IMG/VR virus record: IMGVR_UViG_3300018481_000020
Location: 17,458 to 81,457 of that record
Source: a virus
Direction: 5' to 3' (one strand)
DNA length: 64,000 bases
The notes under the pieces were generated by a model. It worked only from the letters and a program-made list of their open reading frames with translations, ran no database searches and was not told where the DNA came from. This document shows, piece after piece, positions 35,845 through 43,339 of this stretch (within the stretch, counting starts at the first letter, position 1; each line of letters begins with the position of its first letter). The translations under genes were made by a program, and so were the position numbers.

Positions 35845-36675
35845 ATGCCACGTCCAAGGATGAACTTGACCGACATGGATATCGATGAGATCTCCACGGT
35901 CGACAAGGCAGCGAACCAGCTCTCGCGGTTCGTCATCGCGAAGAGGGCTCCCGAGGAGGATGAGATGCCCAAGCTTTTCAACCAGGAGGGACAGCCCCTC
36001 GATGAGCAGGACCTTGAGTTCGGTGATGTTGTGTTCGACGACCAGGGCAATGCCTATGAGTACGTCGAAGACGGCGACACCGAAGAGTACGAAGTGCACG
36101 AAGAAGAGTCTCAGCCAGAGCTTGCCGGAGTCGGCAAGCGGGCACCGGAACAGTCCGCCTTCTTCGAGAACAAGCCTCAGCAGGGCTCGTTCACTGCATC
36201 GGTGATGGAGGAGCTCTCCAAGGCGTTCTCCGATGAGGATCGCGACCAGGTGATCGCCAAGGCGCTGGGTCGGGTCGAGCAGATCGAGTCCCAGTTCAGT
36301 GAGGTCGCCAAGGCGGCCCAGGCTGAGCGCGACCTTCGGCTCACTCGGGAGTACATCTCCAAGGCCGCCGAGTACAACCTCCCGGTCGACGCAGCTGAGC
36401 TTGGTCCGGTGCTCTACCGGATGGCCGAGCAGATGAGCTATGACGACTGCTCGGTGATCGCCAAGTGCCTGGAGACGGCCGGCGAGATCATCTACGAAGA
36501 GGTCGGCTACCAGGGTGGCGGCGACAACGCCGATGTCTACTCCCAGGTCGCGCAGCACGCCTACGACACATTCGGCAAGGCCGAGGACTTCACTGAGGTC
36601 ACGGCCATCAACAAGGTGTTCGACGACAACCCGGATGCCTACGACGAGTACCTGGCCGCGCAGCGGAACCAGTAG
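35845..36675 (+). CDS. scaffolding protein
   Basis: Acidic, helical; EISTVDKAAN motif; position upstream of capsid genes. Confidence 0.75.
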   Translation: MPRPRMNLTDMDIDEISTVDKAANQLSRFVIAKRAPEEDEMPKLFNQEGQPLDEQDLEFGDVVFDDQGNAYEYVEDGDTEEYEVHEEESQPELAGVGKRAPEQSAFFENKPQQGSFTASVMEELSKAFSDEDRDQVIAKALGRVEQIESQFSEVAKAAQAERDLRLTREYISKAAEYNLPVDAAELGPVLYRMAEQMSYDDCSVIAKCLETAGEIIYEEVGYQGGGDNADVYSQVAQHAYDTFGKAEDFTEVTAINKVFDDNPDAYDEYLAAQRNQ

Positions 36676-36693
36676 GAAAGGTAGGGAAGCTCG

Positions 36694-37098
36694 ATGGCAT
36701 ACGAAGAGAGCCTCAGATCCATCACGCTGAACGCGGATGCGTCTCTGGGCATCTACACGGGCGTGCCGGGCCAGCCGGGCTCCCCCGATCCTCACGGAGC
36801 GAAGCAGTATCACTTCGTGAAGGTGACTGGGGTCCACCAGGTAGGTCTCGCCGACGCTGCCGCCACTACGGTGGTCGGGGTGCTGCAGAACAAGCCTCAA
36901 GGTCCAGGCCAGGCTGCCACGGTCGGCTACCACGGAGTGACCAAGGTCGTCTCCGACGTGGCGCTCACCGCTGGTGACCCGATCAAGGTCAGTGCCGATG
37001 GCCAAGCCGCGAAGACCGGAGCTGGTCCCACTGTCGGGATCGCGCTCAACACCACTGCTACCGCTGGAGAACTCGCCGTTGTTCTCCTGACGATCTGA
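36694..37098 (+). CDS. capsid cement/decoration protein
   Basis: GVLQNKP..G.AATV...G..KV...GD...DG.A...GIAL pattern. Confidence 0.8.
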   Translation: MAYEESLRSITLNADASLGIYTGVPGQPGSPDPHGAKQYHFVKVTGVHQVGLADAAATTVVGVLQNKPQGPGQAATVGYHGVTKVVSDVALTAGDPIKVSADGQAAKTGAGPTVGIALNTTATAGELAVVLLTI

Positions 37099-37111
37099 GA
37101 GGAGTCAAGAC

Positions 37112-38110
37112 ATGCCGAACCCCACTCAGAGCGATCTCCACGTCAACGTTCCGCTGACCAACGTCAGCGTCGCGTACATGCAGGACAAGGCGACGTTCAT
37201 CGCGGACAAGGTGTTCCCGAGAGTTCCGGTCAACAAGCAGAGCGACCTGTACTGGAAGTACTCGAAGTCCGATTGGCGTCGTACCGACGCGCAGAAGCGT
37301 GCGCCCGGTACCGAGACTGCTGGTGTTGGCTGGAAGGTCGACACGGGGCAGTACTTCGCCGAGGTCTGGGGTGTCCACAAGGACATCGACGACCAGGTGC
37401 GGGCCAACGCCGACAGCAACTGGCGGCTGGACTCGGACGCCACCACCTTCGTCACGAACCAGCTCCTGCTGCGCCGTGACCTGGACTGGAACGACAAGTT
37501 CTTCAAGACCGGCCAGTGGGGTACCGACCTCGCCGGAGTCACCGGGACTGTAGGTGCTGGTCAGTTCCTGCAGTGGAGCGACCCGAACTCAGACCCGATC
37601 GTGCAGTTCTCGGACTTGCAGACCAACTTCGTGGAGCAGTCTGGTCGCAAGGCCAACACGATGGTCCTCGGAGCGCGAGCGATCACCCAGCTGAAGAACC
37701 ACCCGGACATCATTGACCGGATCAAGTACACCCAGCGTGGTGTGGTGACCACCGATCTGCTCGCCAGCCTGTTCGATGTCGAGCGGATCCTGGTCAGCTA
37801 CGCGACGGTGACCGACGTGGCCGAGATCAACGACGCCAAGGCTCAGGACGCTGCGGCGACGTACCGGTTCATGTCCAACTCCAAGTCGGCGCTGCTCTGC
37901 TACACCCCGAGCTCGCCGTCGCTGATGACGCCGGCCGCTGGCTATTGCTTCACCTGGAACGGATACCTGGCTGGCAACAAGTTCGGGATCCGGATCAAGA
38001 ACTTCCGGATGGAGCCGATCGCTGCGGACCGCATCGAGGGAGAAATGACCTACGACATGCGCGTCGTGGCGCGGGACATGGGCATCTTCCTGTCCAACGC
38101 TGTGGCCTGA
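37112..38110 (+). CDS. major capsid protein
   Basis: LTNVSVAY...FIADKVFP.VPV..QSD.Y; WSD..SDP; strong codon bias; followed by a terminator. Confidence 0.9.
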   Translation: MPNPTQSDLHVNVPLTNVSVAYMQDKATFIADKVFPRVPVNKQSDLYWKYSKSDWRRTDAQKRAPGTETAGVGWKVDTGQYFAEVWGVHKDIDDQVRANADSNWRLDSDATTFVTNQLLLRRDLDWNDKFFKTGQWGTDLAGVTGTVGAGQFLQWSDPNSDPIVQFSDLQTNFVEQSGRKANTMVLGARAITQLKNHPDIIDRIKYTQRGVVTTDLLASLFDVERILVSYATVTDVAEINDAKAQDAAATYRFMSNSKSALLCYTPSSPSLMTPAAGYCFTWNGYLAGNKFGIRIKNFRMEPIAADRIEGEMTYDMRVVARDMGIFLSNAVA

Positions 38111-38121
38111 TCACACGATCT

Positions 38122-38160
38122 GAGGTGGGCTGTGGGTTAACCTCCTGCAGCCCATCTTTC
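38122..38160 (+). terminator. intrinsic terminator after the capsid gene
   Basis: GAGGTGGGCTGTGGG / CCTGCAGCCCATCTT stem with a short T tail. Confidence 0.65.
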
Positions 38161-38174
38161 AATAGGAGCCAAGG

Positions 38175-38507
38175 ATGGAATCAGCGTTCGGTGTAGACCA
38201 CGGAGAGATCTCCACGACGACAGTCTCCAAGTTCGCATCCACTCTCGTTGCTGGTGGCGCTGGTGGTGTTGCTGGATCCAAGCGAGCCAAGAAGAAGTAC
38301 AAGAGTCAGGCGGCAACTTCGGGAATGCTGCGTACTGCAGGTGGCGAGCTCGCTGGCCAGACGGTTGGCGGTCTAGCTGGATTGGCTGCTGCTCGGGGTC
38401 GGCCAACTGGGATCCTGGCTGGCGGCGCAGCTGGCAGTGTCGGGGGCGGCGTCCTCGGCAACGCATCAGCACGCGGGAAGGCCAAGCGCGAGGGGTGGAC
38501 GAAGTAG
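38175..38507 (+). CDS. SAFGVDH-leader glycine-zipper-like protein
   Basis: MESAFGVDHGEISTTTVSK; GxxxG-rich segments. Confidence 0.7.
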   Translation: MESAFGVDHGEISTTTVSKFASTLVAGGAGGVAGSKRAKKKYKSQAATSGMLRTAGGELAGQTVGGLAGLAAARGRPTGILAGGAAGSVGGGVLGNASARGKAKREGWTK

Positions 38508-39032
38508 ATGCCCAGTCAACTGCTCGCCAACGACAAGATCTCCTTCGTGGTCTGCAAGCCGTTCACCTCGCGCGGCAAGGACTACCAGACAGGTGACGAC
38601 TTCCCGCAGGAGGAAGCCCGAGACATCGAGGTGTTCGTCCGAGCCCGGTTCGTGATCCCGGTGGTCGACGACATCGAGGACAAGAAGTTCATCCGGCACT
38701 GGCACAAGGAGATCCGCCCCAAGGACGAGGTGCTGGCCCGGCTGTTCCATGACCGGGTCCAGCTGCGGATGCACCACGAGCCGGACTCCGAAGAGGTGGT
38801 CAGCATCGAGAAGCTGGTCCGTCCGAACTCTCCGGACGTGCCAGACGACGATGGTCAGCCCGAGCTGCCCTTCGATGAGCCCGCCGTGGCGGCCCACAAG
38901 GACCAGTACGACCCCAGCTACCACACGGTGGTCGAGGTCAACGAGTACCTGGCTGTCCATCCAGAGGAGCGAGAGCGCATTCTCGAAGATGAGCGCGGCG
39001 GCAAGAACCGCAAGGGAATCTTGGAGGTGTGA
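38508..39032 (+). CDS. head-associated protein
   Basis: Position; C-terminal DP...TV.EV..YL....ERIL..E..GKNRKGIL motif. Confidence 0.6.
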   Translation: MPSQLLANDKISFVVCKPFTSRGKDYQTGDDFPQEEARDIEVFVRARFVIPVVDDIEDKKFIRHWHKEIRPKDEVLARLFHDRVQLRMHHEPDSEEVVSIEKLVRPNSPDVPDDDGQPELPFDEPAVAAHKDQYDPSYHTVVEVNEYLAVHPEERERILEDERGGKNRKGILEV

Positions 39033-39385
39033 TGACGACCAGTGCATTCGGAGTCGACCACGGCTTCGAGGATGTTGAGAAGGCTTTCGGCATGGGCGGC
39101 GGTGGCGCGTTGGGCGGTGGCCTGCGCAAGCTCGGTCAGAACATCGGGATGGGCGCGCGCAAGGGTGCGGCCGGAGCCGGCAAGATGGCCCGGCCCAACG
39201 TCGGTGCGGGCGGGGCTCGTGGAGTTCTGGGTAGGGGCCAGGTTCAGGCCGGTCGTGGTCTGAAGCAGGCTAGTAACTTCGCCATGAAGCGGCCCGGACT
39301 CACTGGCGGGCTCGCCGCCGGCGGTACAGCTGGTGCCGTCGGTGGCGGTGGGTACGCCATGGGGAACCGCCGTAGGCAGTACTGA
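39032..39385 (+). CDS. SAFGVDH-leader Gly-rich cationic protein
   Basis: MTTSAFGVDHGFEDVEK/AFG. Confidence 0.7.
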   Translation: MTTSAFGVDHGFEDVEKAFGMGGGGALGGGLRKLGQNIGMGARKGAAGAGKMARPNVGAGGARGVLGRGQVQAGRGLKQASNFAMKRPGLTGGLAAGGTAGAVGGGGYAMGNRRRQY

Positions 39386-39726
39386 TGTACAGCGCGTTCG
39401 GGGTCGACCATGGAGACATCTCCAAGGGCCTCAAGCTGAGCTGGGCCAAGCGACCCAGGAAGCTGACCCGTGCCCAGATACGCACTCAGGGCCAGGGCAC
39501 TGGCAAGGGCACCCGGACCGAAGCCGTCACCAGGAAGCTGAAGAACGCCACCGAGACTCCCGTCTCGATCGCCGGCACGGGTCGCGCTGCTGGTCGAGGT
39601 ATCACTGGAACTGGCGCGTTCATGCAGAACCACCCTGGGGTCACCGGCTCCGCTCTGGTGGGAGGGGGCGGAGCAGCCGCGTATCACCACCTGAAGCAGA
39701 AGGAACCGAAGCGGAGGTCATCCTGA
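39385..39726 (+). CDS. SAFGVDH-leader cationic protein
   Basis: MYSAFGVDHGDISK/G. Confidence 0.7.
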   Translation: MYSAFGVDHGDISKGLKLSWAKRPRKLTRAQIRTQGQGTGKGTRTEAVTRKLKNATETPVSIAGTGRAAGRGITGTGAFMQNHPGVTGSALVGGGGAAAYHHLKQKEPKRRSS

Positions 39727-40238
39727 TGGCCATGACGTACGTCTACGACGGACCCGGTGTCACCCGGAAGGACACCATCCGCTACCTGCTTCAGGACACC
39801 GACCCGGATGGGGCCGGGGAATGGCTGCTCTCGGACGAGGAGATCAGCTGGCACATCACTGAGTGGGGTGACATCTGGCACTCCGACCAGATGATCGCCT
39901 CCTTCGCTGCGGAGACCATCGCCGCTCGGTACGCGCGTGAGGCGTCCTACAGTGCCGATGGAGTGTCCATCAGCCTTGGTCCGGTGGGAGACCAGTACCG
40001 GGCGCTGGCGGCGTCCCTGCGGGAACGGCACAAGATGCACAACGTCGGCGGCTTCCCGGACATGGGTGGCCTCTCCCCGAACGAGCCGCTGGAGCCGAAC
40101 ACCAAGCCGTTCGCCTTCGGCAAGGGCATCCATGACTTCGTGGAGGCTGGTCAGCAGGAGTTCGGTGGCATCTACCCGCCCGACCAGGAGGTTGGGAACT
40201 GGAAGGTCCCGGACTACGAGAGGGTGGTCGAGCCATGA
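39726..40238 (+). CDS. head-to-tail adaptor
   Basis: D.IRYL.QDT......LLSDEEI...AAETIA pattern; position. Confidence 0.75.
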   Translation: MAMTYVYDGPGVTRKDTIRYLLQDTDPDGAGEWLLSDEEISWHITEWGDIWHSDQMIASFAAETIAARYAREASYSADGVSISLGPVGDQYRALAASLRERHKMHNVGGFPDMGGLSPNEPLEPNTKPFAFGKGIHDFVEAGQQEFGGIYPPDQEVGNWKVPDYERVVEP

Positions 40239-40465
40239 CCTACAGCCGAGAGAAGTACAACGCGCTGCGTTCGGCCAGGGTGCCGCACAAGCTGGCCCTG
40301 TCACTGTCCCAGGACAGCATCCCCAACATCGGGTCGGATCCGGTCTACGTCGAGGGTGACCCGATCGAGCATCTCGCTGACAACGCGAACCCCACGGCGA
40401 ACACGAACAAGATCAACGAGATCGTCGACCGGCTGAACGAGGTCATCCACGCGAGGAACGAGTAG
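40235..40465 (+). CDS. small neck/head fibre-like protein
   Basis: LAD.A......KINEI..RL coiled motif; coupled start. Confidence 0.5.
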   Translation: MTYSREKYNALRSARVPHKLALSLSQDSIPNIGSDPVYVEGDPIEHLADNANPTANTNKINEIVDRLNEVIHARNE

Positions 40466-40467
40466 CC

Positions 40468-40893
40468 GTGAGCACCCAGGTGCACAGTCCGATCACGGGG
40501 TACGCCCGGCGTTACGTGCGCAGCCGCGCGACGGCGGTGATGGAGTACACCTGTCAGATCTATCGGGGAGCCAAGCCCGATGCCTATGACGAGGACACCC
40601 TGATCTACACCGTGGGCGGTGTGAAGGAGCTGATCTACGACGGGATCTGCCGGATCTGGGAGCTCTCCAGCGCCAGCTCGATCGTGGTCGGGGACACCGA
40701 TGTGTACCAACAGGCGACCAACCTGTCCATCCCTTGGGACGAACCAGCGATCATCAGGCGATACGACGAGGTGGTGATCACCTCTGCTCCCCAGGACTCC
40801 CAGATGGTCGGAGAGCGCTTCGAGATCCAGACCGTGGCCAAGGCCGGTGAGCTCCGGGCCACTCGGCGCTTCGAGGTCACCGGGGTGATGTGA
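40468..40893 (+). CDS. head-to-tail stopper (DUF6093-like)
   Basis: M...C.I.R......IYDG.CRI...LSIP...D.V.I. Confidence 0.7.
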   Translation: MSTQVHSPITGYARRYVRSRATAVMEYTCQIYRGAKPDAYDEDTLIYTVGGVKELIYDGICRIWELSSASSIVVGDTDVYQQATNLSIPWDEPAIIRRYDEVVITSAPQDSQMVGERFEIQTVAKAGELRATRRFEVTGVM

Positions 40894-41351
40894 TGCCGGT
40901 CCTCGGAACGGCCAACATCAGCAAGCTGGCGGACGCGCTGCGCGAGACTGCGAATCAGTCTGAACTGACCACTCAGCAGGTGCTGGTGCAGAGTGCCAAC
41001 CACATCCTGGCCGAGATGGAAGCCCGAGTCCCAGTGCGGTCCGGCAACCTGCGCCAGTCCCTGGGTGTGCAGGTCCATTCCAACAAAGTGATCATCGGAC
41101 CGAACGAGAAGCAGGCTCCCTATGCCGGCTACGTGGAGTTCGGGACCAGGCCGCACGAGATCCGTCCGAGGAAGCAAGGCGGGGTGCTGGTCTTCAACAT
41201 CGGGGGTCGCAAGGTGTTCACCAGGAAGGTGAGCCACCCCGGCACCAAGCCGCAGCCCTACGTGGCTCCGGCCTTCAAGGCGTGGGTGGACAGTCTGGGG
41301 ACGATGGCTGCAGAAGCGAATGTGAAGGTGATCAAGAACAATGCCGCCTAG
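40893..41351 (+). CDS. HK97 gp10-like neck protein
   Basis: PVRSGNLRQS...YAGYVEFGT...HPGTKPQPY..PA. Confidence 0.85.
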   Translation: MPVLGTANISKLADALRETANQSELTTQQVLVQSANHILAEMEARVPVRSGNLRQSLGVQVHSNKVIIGPNEKQAPYAGYVEFGTRPHEIRPRKQGGVLVFNIGGRKVFTRKVSHPGTKPQPYVAPAFKAWVDSLGTMAAEANVKVIKNNAA

Positions 41352-41811
41352 TTCCATCTCCCGAGGACCGATCACCAACCGGCTGCTGGCCGAGTTGGAG
41401 ACCGAGGGGTTCCCGGTGGGCGCCAAAGCATCACCAAATGTGGCCTACGGCTGGTCTGGAGAGCCGAACACACCTGGGGTCACCTTCACCCCTTGGGTCA
41501 CACTGACGCCCGGGGCATCGACGCTACAGACCCCCTCAGGAGCACTGGGGGACACCCAGACGGAGTGGCGACTGAGCTACAACGTCTTCTACGCCGGCCT
41601 GTCTCGCAAGCAGACCGAGGCGCTGGCTGACCGGATGCGAATGAACCTGACGAACATCAACCGGGAGTCCGTCGATACTCCGACCGGCAAGTGGCGGATC
41701 CAGAAGACCACCTGCACCGCCATCGGCAACACCACCCGGATCGGATCCGCCTATCCGGACTATTTCACTCAAGCAGACTCATTCGAGATCTGGATCACGA
41801 AGGGAAACTGA
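41341..41811 (+). CDS. tail terminator
   Basis: Position before the tail tube; Q.E.LADR.R pattern. Confidence 0.7.
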   Translation: MPPSSISRGPITNRLLAELETEGFPVGAKASPNVAYGWSGEPNTPGVTFTPWVTLTPGASTLQTPSGALGDTQTEWRLSYNVFYAGLSRKQTEALADRMRMNLTNINRESVDTPTGKWRIQKTTCTAIGNTTRIGSAYPDYFTQADSFEIWITKGN

Positions 41812-41812
41812 C

Positions 41813-42007
41813 ATGCCACGAAGCAGGGAAGTCAAGATCACCAAGGACGACCAGGAGGGTTACGTGCTGCCATCGTCGGTCAAGGCGTGGGAGCGCCACG
41901 GCTGGACGGCTGAAGATGATGGAAGTAACGAACCAAGCTCCACCGGACCTGAACCGGCTGCCGGAAACCAGCAGGCACCGGCCGAGGGCAAGACCAAGGA
42001 AGGCTGA
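41813..42007 (+). CDS. small conserved tail-region protein
   Basis: V.PSSV.AW...GW motif; RBS present. Confidence 0.55.
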   Translation: MPRSREVKITKDDQEGYVLPSSVKAWERHGWTAEDDGSNEPSSTGPEPAAGNQQAPAEGKTKEG

Positions 42008-42010
42008 CCA

Positions 42011-42490
42011 ATGGCCCGGATCATCCCGAACGAGAACACCTGGATTGGTTTCACCACGGCTTCGATCACCAACCTGGCTGCGCCGACGGCGGCCCAGATT
42101 GCTGCCTGCATCGACCTGACCGGGTTCTGCATCAGCCTCAACGCTTCGGCACGAGGCAACACGGTGCCCACCCCGTCCTTCGACTCGCTGTTCGAGACCA
42201 GCACCGCTGGTACCTCGGCCGCGACCTTCGATGCCGACTTCTACCGTGACGACGAGGATGACGAGGCCTGGGAGACGCTGCCACGCGGTACTCGCGGGAC
42301 GTTCATCATCGCTCGGTACGGCGGCAGTGGTGCTGACAACCTTCCGATCGCCGGCGACGACGTGGAGGCCTGGGAGGTGATGGTCACCTCGCGGACGATG
42401 GCCAACATGACCTCGAACACGGTGCTCACCTTCACCGCCTCCTGTGCGGTGAACGTCGAACCCGCTGAAGACGCGGTGATTGCTGCCTGA
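42011..42490 (+). CDS. major tail (tube) protein
   Basis: AAPT.A.I....DLT...G..G..I.R.G...GD.VE.W.V; strong codon bias. Confidence 0.85.
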   Translation: MARIIPNENTWIGFTTASITNLAAPTAAQIAACIDLTGFCISLNASARGNTVPTPSFDSLFETSTAGTSAATFDADFYRDDEDDEAWETLPRGTRGTFIIARYGGSGADNLPIAGDDVEAWEVMVTSRTMANMTSNTVLTFTASCAVNVEPAEDAVIAA

Positions 42491-42547
42491 GGCGTCGCTG
42501 CGGGGATAGCATCTGATACATCCCATCCTCCCTCCAGGAAGTGACAG

Positions 42548-42979
42548 ATGCCCTCCGCAGCGAAGACCGTAGAAGCACGGCAGAAGCAGTCTGAGACCAC
42601 CAAGCGGGCCACGCTCGACGAACTGGTCAACAAGCCTCGCAGCACTACCGAGTTCTCCCTGTTCCTCTCCGATGGGAACGGCGGGACCAACGAGGTCACC
42701 TTGAAGTATCAGGCGATCGGCATGCGTGCCTACGACAAGATGGTGGCCAAGCACCCGCCCAAGCCCGACCAGCGCGCCGAGGGTGCCTCCTTCGACATGG
42801 ATAGCTTCGCGCCGGCGCTCATTTCAGCCTGCTCCATCGAGCCGGAGATCAGTGTTGAGGAGGCCAAGAAGATCTGGAACTCCGAGGACTGGTCGCGCGG
42901 GGATGTGATGGTCCTGTTCCGGGAGGCGGTCGAGCTGAACAACCGAGGCCTGGACATCCCTTTCAACGGCAGAGACTGA
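42548..42979 (+). CDS. tail assembly chaperone (gpG-like)
   Basis: Between tail tube and tape measure; ends at a slippery site. Confidence 0.8.
   Translation: MPSAAKTVEARQKQSETTKRATLDELVNKPRSTTEFSLFLSDGNGGTNEVTLKYQAIGMRAYDKMVAKHPPKPDQRAEGASFDMDSFAPALISACSIEPEISVEEAKKIWNSEDWSRGDVMVLFREAVELNNRGLDIPFNGRD
42958..42964 (+). other. programmed -1 frameshift site C CCT TTC
   Basis: X XXY YYZ heptamer in frame; the -1 frame is open into the 43006..43332 ORF. Confidence 0.75.
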
Positions 42980-43332
42980 GGAGGGACACCAACTTCTACC
43001 TGGAGATGTCCTACTGCCACGAGAAGGGCATCCCACACTCGGAGTTCTTGGAATGGGATGCCGAGGACCGGTCGAAGACCTTGGCCTTCTCACTGGAGTC
43101 CGCTGCTCGCTGCCAGATGTGCGGAACAGCCGACTGGGAGTGGGAGGACAACAAGTTCGCCTTCACCGCAGTCGAGGAGTTCTGCAGGGGTTGCTACCAG
43201 AAGTCTGTGTTCTCTGACCAGCAGGGCTCGTCACTTCCGGGTACCAATGTCAAACTGATCCCGACAACCCCACAACTCACAGCCCAGATGGCGAGCAAGG
43301 CGCGCAAGCGGGCCAAGATGAGAATGGAATAG
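42964..43332 (+). CDS. tail assembly chaperone extension (gpT-like)
   Basis: -1 frame QRQRLRRDTNFYLEMSYC...; CxxC...CxxC. Confidence 0.7.
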   Translation, partial: QRQRLRRDTNFYLEMSYCHEKGIPHSEFLEWDAEDRSKTLAFSLESAARCQMCGTADWEWEDNKFAFTAVEEFCRGCYQKSVFSDQQGSSLPGTNVKLIPTTPQLTAQMASKARKRAKMRME

Positions 43333-43339
43333 GACGAGC

